Source: Diplonema japonicum
Lineage: Eukaryota; Protista; Euglenozoa: Diplonemea
Assembly: GCA_964019335.1 (NCBI GenBank)
Contig: OZ025663.1
Span: 186,001 to 250,000 of the forward strand
Direction: 5' to 3'
DNA: 64,000 bases
Position numbers and translations under genes: made by a program
In this document: positions 42,978 through 54,321 of the stretch, piece after piece
How positions within the stretch are numbered: the stretch's first letter is position 1
How the letters are laid out: every line of letters begins with the position of its first letter
The notes under the pieces: model-generated
What the model saw: the letters and a program-made list of their open reading frames with translations, nothing else
Databases searched by the model: none
Told to the model about the DNA's origin: nothing

Positions 42978-45900
42978 ATGCTGTCTGTGTTGTTGGGTGT
43001 GTTGTGCGGTGGTGCGTTGAGTCCCCAGTCGTTTTTGGATCAACCGCAGTTCCTTGCGACGCATGGCGGGTACAGCTTCTTTAAGGTGTGGATCAACCCT
43101 GCTCTGTTCAGGGCGAACCAAGTCATGACCGATGAGGTCATTGCCAGCACGTGTCTTGCGGCGTCCCGTGGCACGCCCCCTAGGGCCCCCTGCCAAAGCA
43201 GCAGCCCTATCTGCAAGTACTTCTCCTCCACACACTGCAAAGCGACCTCCGAGCAAGGGTGCGACCAGCCCATGCTCTCTACAGCCCTGCAGATGGGCTG
43301 CAGTTCCGCCCACGACCCTGTTTGTCGGCAACGGGCCTTCGGCAGCCTTGTCGGCACCAACGGTGGCTGCCTCTGGGCACACATGGGCAACGCCTGGGGC
43401 GCCAGCGGTGCCTGCGGCAACTGCGACTGCGACTCCAACGCTTGGAACCCCGCTGTAGGCGGCAGCACATTGGCCACCTGTGCTTCCCTTACATCCTTCT
43501 GTCAAGAAGGCAGGCAATACACCACTGACGGCATGATATGGCCCAACTGCAACCCCACTGCCCTCCCCGGCACACCAGGCGCGTCTAGCTGCCTCACAGG
43601 CGGCGCCATGCCTGCCCCTGGTGCGAACTGGCCACAGACCCAAATGGAGCACTGGGCCTTTTGTGTCGGCCGGGCCGTCTGCAAATGCGTTCATGGAAAA
43701 TGCGACATCTCATCCGAGCAAGGGAACTGTATGCTCGGAACGTGTGGCGCAGGGTGGAGCGGCCCCCTCTGCAACGAACCCTGCGGGCCCACTTTCTGTC
43801 TTGGCAGGAACGACCCCTCCGTAACCCCCCCTGCGGGTGTCGTGGCGTCGGCTTACAACGGTGTCTGGACAAACACTCAGAATCAGTGCCACTGTGAGTG
43901 CCTTCCCCAATACGGACCCTCGGGGGCAGGGCCCCAAGGAACTGTCTGCGGCACGTGTATCCAACCAGGCATGCTGGGGTGCGTGGCCTACACAGGGACC
44001 TACTTGTCCTCCAACACACCAAAGGACTCGTTCCCTCGTAGCACGCAGTTTGTTGTGAATGTCGACGCACGCTTCGTGCAAAACGACCAGATCGACACCT
44101 CCATCACTGAGATCATCACCGTTTCGAAGGACCCTGGAGGCGGCAACGGTGATGGCGGTGACCTTCGAGTGCACACGCAGAACTCGCAGATGATGCAGGG
44201 GCAGGTCACGATGGTGATGGAGTTCACGGAAGCATGCGACGCGTGCTACCTGACTTTCACTGATGTGAAGGGCGTGCTGCAACCACTAAGGTTCGGCCCA
44301 ATCCGTGTGACGAGCACCGCCACGCACCTTATTGCTACCACGTCTCACACCGAAATAGGCGTGGACGACACAGTGACGATCAGGCTCAACGCTGTCGACG
44401 GCCCGGTGGGCAGCGCAGGCAACACCGACGTCACATCACCCGCTGTAGTGAAGGTCAGGCTGCAAACAGTGCCCGACGGCGGCAACGGTGGCGGTTGCGG
44501 TATCACGGCCGCCAGCGGTTCAGCCCTAACGCAGACTCTTTCGAGTGGTACTGGCGAATGGCGCTTTAAGTTCGGCTGCTCTTGCAATGCTTGCGTTGTC
44601 ATCTTCGAAGACCTGGCCACGACTCGCACACTGCCCGCATACCTGTATGCACCTATCAAAGTGTCTAGTGCTGCACGCTCGATCGGATGTGTCAGAACAG
44701 CGGGTGGTGCATGTGTTGCTACAACCATCAGAACACGCTTGGAAGTGTTCTCTGTGAAACTGCAAGCACAAGATGCTCAGGGGAACTTGGACACGAACGC
44801 CATGGGCACGATATCAGTGGTCCTGCAATCCGGCGGCGGGAACGGAGGTGGCGGGCAGCTGCAGAACGCAGGAGGGTCTAAGTCGTTGACGCAGCCCCTG
44901 GTGAACGGCGAGGCACAGTTCGACCTGTCCTTCACGGAGGCATGCGACTCATGCATCCTCATCGCAAGCAGCAGCGACACATCGCTTTTGCCATACACCT
45001 TCCCGCCGATCAAGGTGGTCACTGATGCCCTCAATCTTGTTGTGGTTAACACAGTGTCAACCCAGTTGAATGTCGGCCAGACATTCGAAGTGGTGGTAGA
45101 GGCGCGGGACTCCCAGGGCAACCGCGACACATCTTGGAACAACAACGTGGGCGCCACGCTGTTGCCGAACGGTGGCAACGGCAACGGTGGACAGCTGCAG
45201 AACGCGGACAACTCCAACTCGCTTGTGAAGCAGTTCGTGCAAGGGGCGTTCACCTACAGGCTCAAGTTTTCGGCGTCATGCACTGCGTGCATTGTGGAGT
45301 TCACAGACGTGTCGTCAAGCAACCAGAGGCTGAACCCTGTACAGCTCCCAGCCATCTTTGTGGGCACCACTAAGGTCAGAATGGAGCAAAAAGACCCGTT
45401 GAGAAACAACATCAAGAAGAACCAGAACTTCGTTATCACAATCAACACGGTGGACGCTGCTGGCGACATAGACGTCAACGACATGGGCAGGGTGTCGGTG
45501 TCCAAGCAGCCGGGCGGCGGCAATGGTGATGGAGGTGCTGTAACCGACACCCTAGGCCTCACAAGGGACAACGTGATGGGCGTGGCGACCTTCACGCTGT
45601 CGTTCTCGCGAGCGTGCGATGCATGCTACCTCGAGTTCGCTCACAGCTCAGGCGGCATCCCCAAGCTTGTGGTGGGCCCCATCGAGGTTACATCGTTTGC
45701 CACGAAGCTTATCATTACAACATCGACGCCCCAGACCATCAGGGCCGGGGAGGACTTCCCCCTCACGGCACAGGCAGTTGATGACGACAACAACATCGAT
45801 AGGACGGACAGAGGCACCTTTAGTATCACGAGCTCATCTTCTGGCAACAACGGTGATGGCGGTCAGCTGACCAACGCAGGATCAGCCGTCACAATACAAC

Positions 45901-47464
45901 AAGTGATGAACAGGGGAGTGGTATCGTGGCGGCCGCAGTTTAGCACAGCGTGCCAGGCCTGCCAGGTCACTGTGCGAGGGCCCGATGCGCTGCTGGGCAC
46001 TGTCTCCACCGACATCATCACTGTGACAACGACAGTGGTGAGCCTCCGCATCTCACCTGTCACCACCTTCCCACGTGTCACCGACGTAGGGAAGCCCATC
46101 GACGTCACGGTGCAGGCGGTTGACGGCAACGGCAACATTGCCACAGGCGTCGCTATTGCGGTCACATCGACACTGCTGCCTAACGGCGGCAACGGCAACG
46201 GGAGTCCCTTCACAGCATCGCCCGTCACACGTCAGACGGTAAACGGCGAGGCTGCCTTCAGGCTGACCTTCGGCGGTGCCTGCACGGCGTGTGTGGTTGA
46301 GTTCACTCACAACGCAACCACATTGAAGCTAACCCTCCCCTCCATAGAAGTGCTCACCACAGGACGTACGGTCGTGGTAAGGAGCACACTGCAGACAGTA
46401 GCGAAGGGCACGACATTCGAAGTGCCTCTCGAGGTGGTTGATGAAAAGAGCAACACCGACACCTCAGCGGTGATGGCGGTGACAGCGACACTGAGGCCGA
46501 ACGGCGGCAACGGCGGCGGGACACCGTTGACAAGCCAAGGCGGCTCGCAGAACTTCGTTGGTGGGAAGTACACTTACAGGCTTTCATACGGACAGGCGTG
46601 CGATGCGTGCATCATTGAGTTCAAGGCGACGGGCCTGCCTGCAGTAACGACAGCTGCCATGAAGGTGACAACAACAACTGAGAAATTAGTTCTGACACAG
46701 TCGCCTGTGAACGGCGCACCGACAGCAAGGGGTGTGCCCTTCTCAGTTACGGTGAGTGCTGTGGACATAGATGGGAACGTGAACAAAGATGATAGGTCTG
46801 AGGTGGGTGTGCAGCTCACGGAAGTCGGCCCTTCCGGTGCACAAGTCCCTATTGCAGGCCTAACAGGTGGTGGGCAGCAACGGCTTTCTGCAGGCACCCA
46901 AACATTCCCCCTTACCATCAACTCCCCATGTACAACATGCACTCTAACCCCCACGTACACCACATCAACCGGCGGTGCTGTTAACCCTTCGAAGACGGTT
47001 TATTCCCTGCCGGCGCACGACGCCAACCTACCGCCTGGATCGGCCCCTACAGCTTCGACATCTTCTGATGACAGTGGAACAAGCCCTCTTATTTGGGTCC
47101 TTCTTGCGCTGCTCATTCTGTTAATATTGTTGGGGTTGCTGTGGGTGTTGGTGAGCAAACTTAAAGGAGGGAAGAAGGAGGACACATTGGACAAGGAAAA
47201 GGAGGCACCAGTCGAGGAGGACAACACCGAGCCCAACAGAGGCGCCGAGGCGCACTATGAACCTAACTATTATGCAAAGGTGTGATCAAGGGAGTAAAAA
47301 AAAAAAAAAAACATGATACAGACACCGCCTTTTGAGGTACAGGAGTACTCACCTTCTTACCAACAAGGGGGTGACGTGGCAAATCCAATTTCAGAGGCAT
47401 TTCCTTCTAATACCCCATTAAGAAGTGGTGACAGGCCATGGATGGTATGTAAGGGGGAAGGGGT

Positions 47465-47500
<36 letters not shown>

Positions 47501-47578
47501 AAAAAAAACTTGAAAAAAATAATAAAGGTTGATGTTGCATCGTCGCCGCAAGGGCTTTCCCCTGCAGGACAAGCGTGA
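42978..47578 (+). CDS. Type I surface protein: Cys-rich/EGF-like N-terminus, nine Ig-like repeats, TM, Tyr-rich tail (3 exons: 42978-47279, 47322-47444, 47528-47578)
   Basis: Signal peptide; EGF-like CVHGKC...C...C.AGWSGPLC; repeats carrying GGNG and CxxC; TM LIWVLLALLILLILLGLLWVLV; two phase-0 introns extend the tail to ...AGQA*. Confidence 0.85.
47280..47321 (+). other. Intron, 42 nt, A-rich
   Basis: GTGTGA...A-run...ATACAG; joins AK to TPPF. Confidence 0.7.
47445..47527 (+). other. Intron, 83 nt
   Basis: GTATGT...T-run...A-rich...ATAAAG; gives terminal exon VDVASSPQGLSPAGQA*. Confidence 0.65.
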
Positions 47579-47609
<31 letters not shown>

Positions 47610-48405
47610 TTTTATGTTTATGTATTTTGTGTCACTTAGAATTTTTCTGTTTGGGATTTTTTTTTTTTCTTATTACTTCTCAATGAGTTTCGTCTCCTTT
47701 TTTTCTTCTTTTTTTTTTGTCCAACCCCCACTACCCACGTTTTGGACACGCACCTCATTTTGTTGTGGGTGCAGGATAATTGAGATGCATAGGGTTAAAC
47801 CGAGTGCCGAAAGGGGGGGGGGAAATTACAGGGAAGACAAAGGGGAGAGAAGACTATCAAGATCGTTGCCTCCCCCCCCCCCCCCTATTTCTTTTACCCG
47901 CTGATTTCTTCTCCCCTTATTCTTGGGGATGTTGCTGACCCTTTTTCTCCCCGTTCCAGTCAGTGATTTTGGTTTTTTTTTTTTTTTTTTTTTTTTTTCT
48001 TTTTTTTTTTTTTTTATATATTTATTTCTTCTTTCTATCTCGTAGTAGAATGTTCGATGTCTGTTCATACATTTTCTTGTCATGAAAGGAAAGGGAGGAG
48101 GTAGGCGTGAAAACAAAAAAAAAAGAGAAAAAAAAGGAATTGAAAAAAAAAAAAAATAACAACAAAAAATCGGGATGAAATTTATAGAGAAAAAAAAATT
48201 GTCTGCTATCAAAAAAAAAAAAAAGAAAAATTGTTACCACCCCCATCCCCCCCCCCCCCCCCCTATGTTGCCCTCCACACTTATATCTTTTCTTTCTTTC
48301 TTACCTGGTGTAAAAGATTCTTCCCCCCCCCCCTCCTATCCGCATTTCCGAATTATAGAAGTTGAAAAATAAATCGAAGGGCACACACACACAAAAAAAA
48401 ATAAA

Positions 48406-49218
48406 ATGCCCACGCCACGGCATAACCATTTTTTGCAGCAACAACAACAACAACAACAACAACAACAACCTTACCAACGACATGATCCCTCCTGGATCGA
48501 GTACGAGGTAACGGTCCCGCATCAGAAGGGCCACTCAATAGGTGTAGTTGTCCTTCAAGACATGACGGTGGATGAGATCGACCCGACGAGCCTTTTTGCA
48601 AGGGAAGGGCTTGAGAAGGGCATGGTGGTGGTAGGAGTGAATGGTGTTAGAACCGACACAGACACCACCGCACTACGGCTGGTGAGGGAAGCCTCCGGCC
48701 CGTTCTTGAGATTGAACGTAATGGGCGCGAAACGTGGTTTTGAAATGCCCATCCACACACAAGGCTTATCACTGTCACCTCCAAGACTATCTTCTGCATC
48801 GGCTATGCCTAAAATGTTAGCTGCCCTGAGAACAGCCCCAGCACCACCACCTATAACAGACCAAGATGTTTCCGACCGTGTGGAGTTCTTAAAAGCTCAA
48901 GTTGCTGAACGTAATAAACGACTTCCTGCCAACCGACCCATCACAACTCCTTCTATTCCTTCCGTCGCCTCTCCTTCCAGTCCTCGTTCACCTATTCGGG
49001 TCGCGCCAATACAGGTCCCTGAGGGAGCTGTCTTTAGGGAAGGGAAGGATATGGGGAACAGTGGTGAGTTGCTGAAGAGGGTGTCGCCTCCCAGGCAGGT
49101 TCCTAATCCCAATGTTAGAGAGGCGGTTGTTGCTGCTAAGCCTGGTGACGGGGCGGGGAAGAAACCGTTTCTTCGAAAGGGATCCGGCGCGAAGTCCTAC
49201 ACCGCGATAAGAAAACAT

Positions 49219-49250
<32 letters not shown>

Positions 49251-49506
49251 CCCTGTCCAATACCAGCAGCAACAGCAGCAGCAGCAGCAACAGCAGCAAC
49301 AGCAACAGCACCCTGTTCAATACCAGCAGCAGCAGCAACAGGTGCCTCCGTTGTCCACGCCGCATGTCCCTGCCTCCACACCCCCTGCAGTGAACTCGCA
49401 GTTTGTTTCCCATTACGAGCTCCCCCATCAGGCCTCCCCTCGTAGCCCGCCTGCTATATATATCCCCCCGCCGAGCCAGAACGCTGCAGCATGGCTGTCT
49501 GTGTAA
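48406..49506 (+). CDS. PDZ-domain protein with polyQ tracts
   Basis: SIGVVV...VDEIDPTSLFAREGLEKGMVVVGVNG PDZ pattern; CAA/CAG runs. Confidence 0.75.
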
Positions 49507-49738
49507 TTTTTTTTTTCTCTAAAGAATGAACACAAAAAAAAAAGAAAAAATTATAAAAAGACACTAGAGGATTTGTTTTTTTTTTTTTTTTTTTTTTTTC
49601 TTTTTTTTTTTTTACCGTACCGTTTGTAGAGAAACATTATTATTTTTATATTATTTTTTGAGGCAGCAAAAAAAAAAAAATCAAAAAAAAAAGGCGAGGG
49701 AGAGGGAAAGGGGAGAAGGGGGGGGGAAGAAAAAAATA

Positions 49739-50170
49739 ATGCAACACTCGCGGCAGATCTCTTTCTCGTCCTTCCCTTTGGAGCTGTGGCTGCTTGTGTC
49801 GACGCTGTGCGGGGTCGTTTGGGTGCTGGCTGCCTTCAGTACGTGGCTGTACAAAAGTCTGGTGCTGCCCAACGCCGACGGAGAGGTCGCCTTGGACATC
49901 ACGATCATCGTCTTGATGATCCTGCTGGAGATCTCAGGCAAGAACCTCGCCAGCTGGGGCAACCTCTTAGAACACAAAGGGCCCTTATTGATGGCCATGC
50001 TAGTACTAACAGTGCAAATAGGAACCTTAGTCTACACCATGCGCTTTCAAGCCTATGTCCTGCAACTGGACCTGTACATGTCTACAGCTTACCTGATCGT
50101 GAAGGGCATCGCAGTGGTATTGGTGGTTAATCAGCTAACCGCCTTATCATGCGTGTCGCAGACTTTGTGA
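49739..50170 (+). CDS. TMEM216: TMEM216/TMEM17-family ciliary transition-zone protein
   Basis: SSFPLE...LYKSLVLP...ALD...WGNLLE...Y.MRFQAYVL; four TM segments. Confidence 0.7.
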   Translation: MQHSRQISFSSFPLELWLLVSTLCGVVWVLAAFSTWLYKSLVLPNADGEVALDITIIVLMILLEISGKNLASWGNLLEHKGPLLMAMLVLTVQIGTLVYTMRFQAYVLQLDLYMSTAYLIVKGIAVVLVVNQLTALSCVSQTL

Positions 50171-50187
50171 GAATAGAACATAGATAT

Positions 50188-50223
<36 letters not shown>

Positions 50224-50268
50224 CTTCTCCTGACCATAAGACAACACAGAGAGAGAGGGGGGAGAAAG

Positions 50269-50511
50269 ATGTTCAAGCCCCGGGAGCTTACCAAGGAGGA
50301 TCTCAACCATATCCTGCGTGTTGGTGTGATCCTCATGGTTTTCCACGTGATGCTGCTCGCCTCTTGGCACGCCGGGTTGGTTGGGACTCTAGGTACTTCA
50401 CTGTTGTGGATGTTCGTGATAAAGGTGTGCTGGCGGAGCGTCGCACGCGAGGCGGACCTGCTTTTCAAAATACAGGACAAAACGACGAAAGAAAAATCCA
50501 AAACGAGATAA
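50269..50511 (+). CDS. Small 2-TM membrane protein (80 aa)
   Basis: ATG at 50269; coding-like composition; two hydrophobic segments. Confidence 0.55.
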   Translation: MFKPRELTKEDLNHILRVGVILMVFHVMLLASWHAGLVGTLGTSLLWMFVIKVCWRSVAREADLLFKIQDKTTKEKSKTR

Positions 50512-50584
50512 TAATAAATAAAATTTCTTTCTTCTTTTTATATAAAAAAAAAATACTATCCTTCAGGGCACCCCCCCCATACCC

Positions 50585-51409
50585 ATGCACCACTGGCCTC
50601 CGGAAGAAACCATCGATGTGGAAGCAGAGCTTGCAAGACTCGACAGAGAAGGGAGGGTTTTGGACTTCGATGATCAGGACAGAAGCGACTCCTTGGGGGC
50701 GTCGATGTGTGCTATAGGTTTCTTTCTAACGATGCAGACGACGGGGGCGTTCTTGATACACGAAAATATGGGGTTTCCATTTGTAGTTTTGTCGCTCTTG
50801 ACAAACACTTTATACTTCAAGCTGGTGGTCAGCAACCCAGGAAGGCTTCCAAAGGGATCTTCGACCTCCCCACTACGAGAAGAGGTTTTACAAATAACAG
50901 ACAAGTATCGAAACGGAATGAGCGAAACAGCATTATGTAGATTCTGCCGTACAACCCGACCTCCACGAGCAAAGCATTGTCACAAGTGCGGGACGTGCAT
51001 TGCGAAATTCGACCATCATTGCTTTTGGCTCAACAATTGCGTAGGTGCAAGGAATCACAGGCTTTTTCTGACGTTTCTAGCCTTTGTAACACTTTGGCTG
51101 TTGTGGTCTGGAGCCCACTTGATATCTGCGCTGGCTGTTTCATCGGGATATACATATTACACTTGCCTAGTAACCATCGCTGTAGACATGGGGATGGCGT
51201 TGTTTTCGTTGCCGCTTTTAGTAGGGCATCTGATCTTTGCTTGCTGCAATATTACAACGTTCGAGTTCGCGAAGCCGGAGAAGGCCTTTTACCTCCCTCC
51301 GAACGGTGTGAACATTTTCAACAACGGGATTCTTGAAAATCTGCGACGATTTTGTTGTGTAACGAGTGCCCTACCGAAGGAAGACTACGGACCTGTCGTG
51401 GGGTTTTAG
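50585..51409 (+). CDS. DHHC palmitoyltransferase
   Basis: CRFC...RPPRAKHCHKC..CI.KFDHHCFWLNNCVGARNHR; NITTFE motif. Confidence 0.95.
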   Translation: MHHWPPEETIDVEAELARLDREGRVLDFDDQDRSDSLGASMCAIGFFLTMQTTGAFLIHENMGFPFVVLSLLTNTLYFKLVVSNPGRLPKGSSTSPLREEVLQITDKYRNGMSETALCRFCRTTRPPRAKHCHKCGTCIAKFDHHCFWLNNCVGARNHRLFLTFLAFVTLWLLWSGAHLISALAVSSGYTYYTCLVTIAVDMGMALFSLPLLVGHLIFACCNITTFEFAKPEKAFYLPPNGVNIFNNGILENLRRFCCVTSALPKEDYGPVVGF

Positions 51410-51449
<40 letters not shown>

Positions 51450-51508
51450 TCTATTTTCCCCTTAATGTCAACAGTGATACTCAAAACAAACAAAAAAAAA
51501 AAAAAAAA

Positions 51509-51847
51509 ATGGCTGAAGCACTTTTCAACAAGATGGCGCAGGCGCTTGCCACCCCCGCTGGCCAGGCCGCCGCCAAGAAGATCAACGAGGTGATCACCTA
51601 CGAGTTCCCCGACACCGGTGCCTCCTACGTCATGGACCTCAAGGCCGGCAAGGCCTACAAGGGTACCTTCGACGACCCTGCATGCACCTTCAAGATGGAC
51701 GAGAAGGTCTTCCTTGAGCTCTCCTCTGGCAAGGCGGACCCCATGGGCCTCTTCATGGAGGGGAAGATCGAGCTCGACGGTGACACCGACATCGCCATGA
51801 AGATCGGCAAGGTCCTTAAGGCCCTCGAGAAGGAGATCAAGATGTAG
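51509..51847 (+). CDS. SCP2 sterol-binding domain protein
   Basis: DLKAGK...CTFKMDE..F.EL.SGK.DPM.LFMEGKIELDGD.DIAMK; strong C/G-ending codon bias. Confidence 0.9.
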   Translation: MAEALFNKMAQALATPAGQAAAKKINEVITYEFPDTGASYVMDLKAGKAYKGTFDDPACTFKMDEKVFLELSSGKADPMGLFMEGKIELDGDTDIAMKIGKVLKALEKEIKM

Positions 51848-52063
51848 ACTTTTTTTTTTTTTTTTTTTTTTTATACCCTTTTCTTCTTCTTTTTTTTCAG
51901 TGTCAGACCAACCTGAAAAAAAAAAAGAAGAAAAAATAATTCCCCCCCCCCCCATTATATTTTTCTTCTTCAAAATACGGGGAGAAAAAAAAAGAAAAAG
52001 AAAAAAGAGAGGGGTCAAAAAAAAAAAAATGCCATTAAAAAAACAAGAATAGCAGGCTCGACA

Positions 52064-54253
52064 ATGCGGCCAAATGTGTCGGAAATCCTGGCGAGGCTGA
52101 AAAAAACGGGGTACAGGGTACAGAATCTCGAGACACGCCAAGCATGTGACGCACTGACGTATCTGGGGAGGGCGAGGGTGAAGAGCAACGTAGTAGGGAG
52201 CTTGATGAGGCTGGTGTCGAGCAGGCTCCACAGAGGAGAGAACGGCCACACCGTCGTTAGCTTGCTAGAGGCGTGCATCACCTACAGAAAAGAAGACAGG
52301 TGGGTGTTCAAGGAAGAAATCCTACGCGCGAAACAAAAAATCGCATCTCTCGGCTCATCTGCGACCTACGACACGATAAGCGCCTCTTACTCCTTTATGC
52401 ACGCAACTGCTCTGAAAATGCACAACAGCACCCACAAGCAGTTCATTAACAAACTCTTAGACATATTAACTGAACCAGATTCTGTCGGCTTTATGTCACG
52501 TGATCATCCAACATTGGCAAGAGTAGTGTCCGGGATGGCGAATCTCACAGATTCCACTGAAAACAATACCAGATACGAATGGTTCATCGACAAGATGCTT
52601 CCCAGTACCTTGCAGTTCAGAGGGACTTTAAAACCCCTTGAGGGTAGCCTCATCGTCCACGGCTTTGCAAAGATATCGGTAAAAGGAGCGGATTCGTGGG
52701 ATTTCCTGTCGAAAAGGGTTGTAATACGATCCAAATCACCAGTGATACACAACCTCACAAGGTACGCATGGGGGTTTTCCGAGTGCATGGTTGCCTCCAC
52801 TGCCATCTTTCGCGAGATTGACAGAACGCTTCATGGAATGTCGGTGATAGATATGACTCCAAGGGGTTTGGCAACGATTTATACGTGTTATTCCCGAGTT
52901 TCGTATGTTCCGTTTCACGATAGGCTGACGGTGGCGTTGACAAACGGCGAGTGGTTAAACAATGCAGCTATGCAAGATGTACTGCTTCTCTTGAAATCTG
53001 CTGAAAAAATTGGAGTGCTCACGGAGCAAGCATTCGCCTCGGTAGGCAGTTTTGCCATGCGGAATATCAGCGAGAACAACGTTTTGAAAAAACAGCCCGT
53101 GACAACAATTGAACAAACCGACGATTTCCTATTGAATTTGCCGACCCTTCGCCCCGTGGGTACCGGGTATGAGTACTCCGATATACACACTGCGGCTGAT
53201 GACCCCGTTGAACCTTCCATTTCGTGGAGGATGGACGGGCTGATACAAAATGCCAACAATATACAGCCAACTCCAACTGTGAAACCTCTTAATACCCCTT
53301 CACGTGCGTCTCCTATTTCCGATTCCCTCCAATCATCAGTGACACGGAAACCCCTTTGGTATCCGCTGTCTCTTCCCTCTAAGAAGGGAAGCAAACCTTC
53401 AATCCCCGCTCCTATTCGCGACGACAAGTTAGCAGACGATGTTGGAATCACAGATTCAACAATTCTCACGCAAAACCAATCTTTCGAAGGCGGGTTGGCA
53501 TCGTGGGATGCAGTAGGGACGCAAAGCCTTATCGAAATTCTTGAAGACGGGGATGACAAGGGTAAAATAAATAAAAAGAAGAAGCGGATCGAGCTGACAT
53601 GGGAAATAACAAGGCCATCCCATCAGAAGAAGGTAGTTGAAAAGAAATGGGATGAAGGCTTGGAAACCGTGAAGAATGTTGCACAACTCGTTTATGCTTT
53701 CGGGGCAACAAAGTTCGATGGGAGCTACGTTCTGAAACATGTTGCCGGGCGTGTTTTGTCGGAGGTCGATGCTTTCTCACCAAAAGAACTTACTATGGTG
53801 GCTACAGGTTTTGCAGAGCAATCGGTTTATTCAGAAATTCTGGTTGAAGCTGTGAAGCGACAGTGCACCGCCGCGACCCTCCGCCAGCTGGCTGCCTTTA
53901 CACGTTCGTTCTTTAAGTGGGGTGTCCCGCTCTCTGAGCTCCCTGTGGCAACAACCCCTCCTCCTATCGAGCGTAGTGAGCTTTACCAAACCATTTTAGA
54001 CTTCTCGCACTGTCGGTTTATTCCGGATTTTCTTCCTTCGGCGATCATGGAGTTTATTGGTACTTTAAACCGTGGCTTTACGGATTTTTCAGCTAAGGAA
54101 CAAGCGGTTGTGATCACGTTGCTGAAGAGCGCATCTTGCGTGGCCGAAATGGCTCAGCTGGTCGAGTCCTCGGATCTGCACGCCTCGGTCCCCAACACGG
54201 TGCTCGATTTAGTCGCCAGACAACACTTTCATCTTGGGAAAAAACCGCTTTGA
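52064..54253 (+). CDS. Helical-repeat protein (FASTK/OPR-like, possibly organellar RNA-binding)
   Basis: 729-aa ORF; repeats such as LKPLEGSLIVHGFAK and FSPKELTMVATGFAE. Confidence 0.5.
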   Translation: MRPNVSEILARLKKTGYRVQNLETRQACDALTYLGRARVKSNVVGSLMRLVSSRLHRGENGHTVVSLLEACITYRKEDRWVFKEEILRAKQKIASLGSSATYDTISASYSFMHATALKMHNSTHKQFINKLLDILTEPDSVGFMSRDHPTLARVVSGMANLTDSTENNTRYEWFIDKMLPSTLQFRGTLKPLEGSLIVHGFAKISVKGADSWDFLSKRVVIRSKSPVIHNLTRYAWGFSECMVASTAIFREIDRTLHGMSVIDMTPRGLATIYTCYSRVSYVPFHDRLTVALTNGEWLNNAAMQDVLLLLKSAEKIGVLTEQAFASVGSFAMRNISENNVLKKQPVTTIEQTDDFLLNLPTLRPVGTGYEYSDIHTAADDPVEPSISWRMDGLIQNANNIQPTPTVKPLNTPSRASPISDSLQSSVTRKPLWYPLSLPSKKGSKPSIPAPIRDDKLADDVGITDSTILTQNQSFEGGLASWDAVGTQSLIEILEDGDDKGKINKKKKRIELTWEITRPSHQKKVVEKKWDEGLETVKNVAQLVYAFGATKFDGSYVLKHVAGRVLSEVDAFSPKELTMVATGFAEQSVYSEILVEAVKRQCTAATLRQLAAFTRSFFKWGVPLSELPVATTPPPIERSELYQTILDFSHCRFIPDFLPSAIMEFIGTLNRGFTDFSAKEQAVVITLLKSASCVAEMAQLVESSDLHASVPNTVLDLVARQHFHLGKKPL

Positions 54254-54255
54254 TC

Positions 54256-54288
<33 letters not shown>

Positions 54289-54321
54289 GAACGCGGCATT
54301 AAAAAAGAACCCGAAAATAGG

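Noticed and set aside
12824-47578. Stop-codon readthrough or programmed frameshifting to explain split ORFs
   Set aside because: Every split is resolved by a canonical GT-AG intron, and all three stop codons are used as normal terminators.
23620-51847. Lipid/sterol 'cluster' (Patched-like, sphingosine kinase, DHHC, SCP2)
   Set aside because: Spread over 28 kb among unrelated genes; no evidence of functional clustering.
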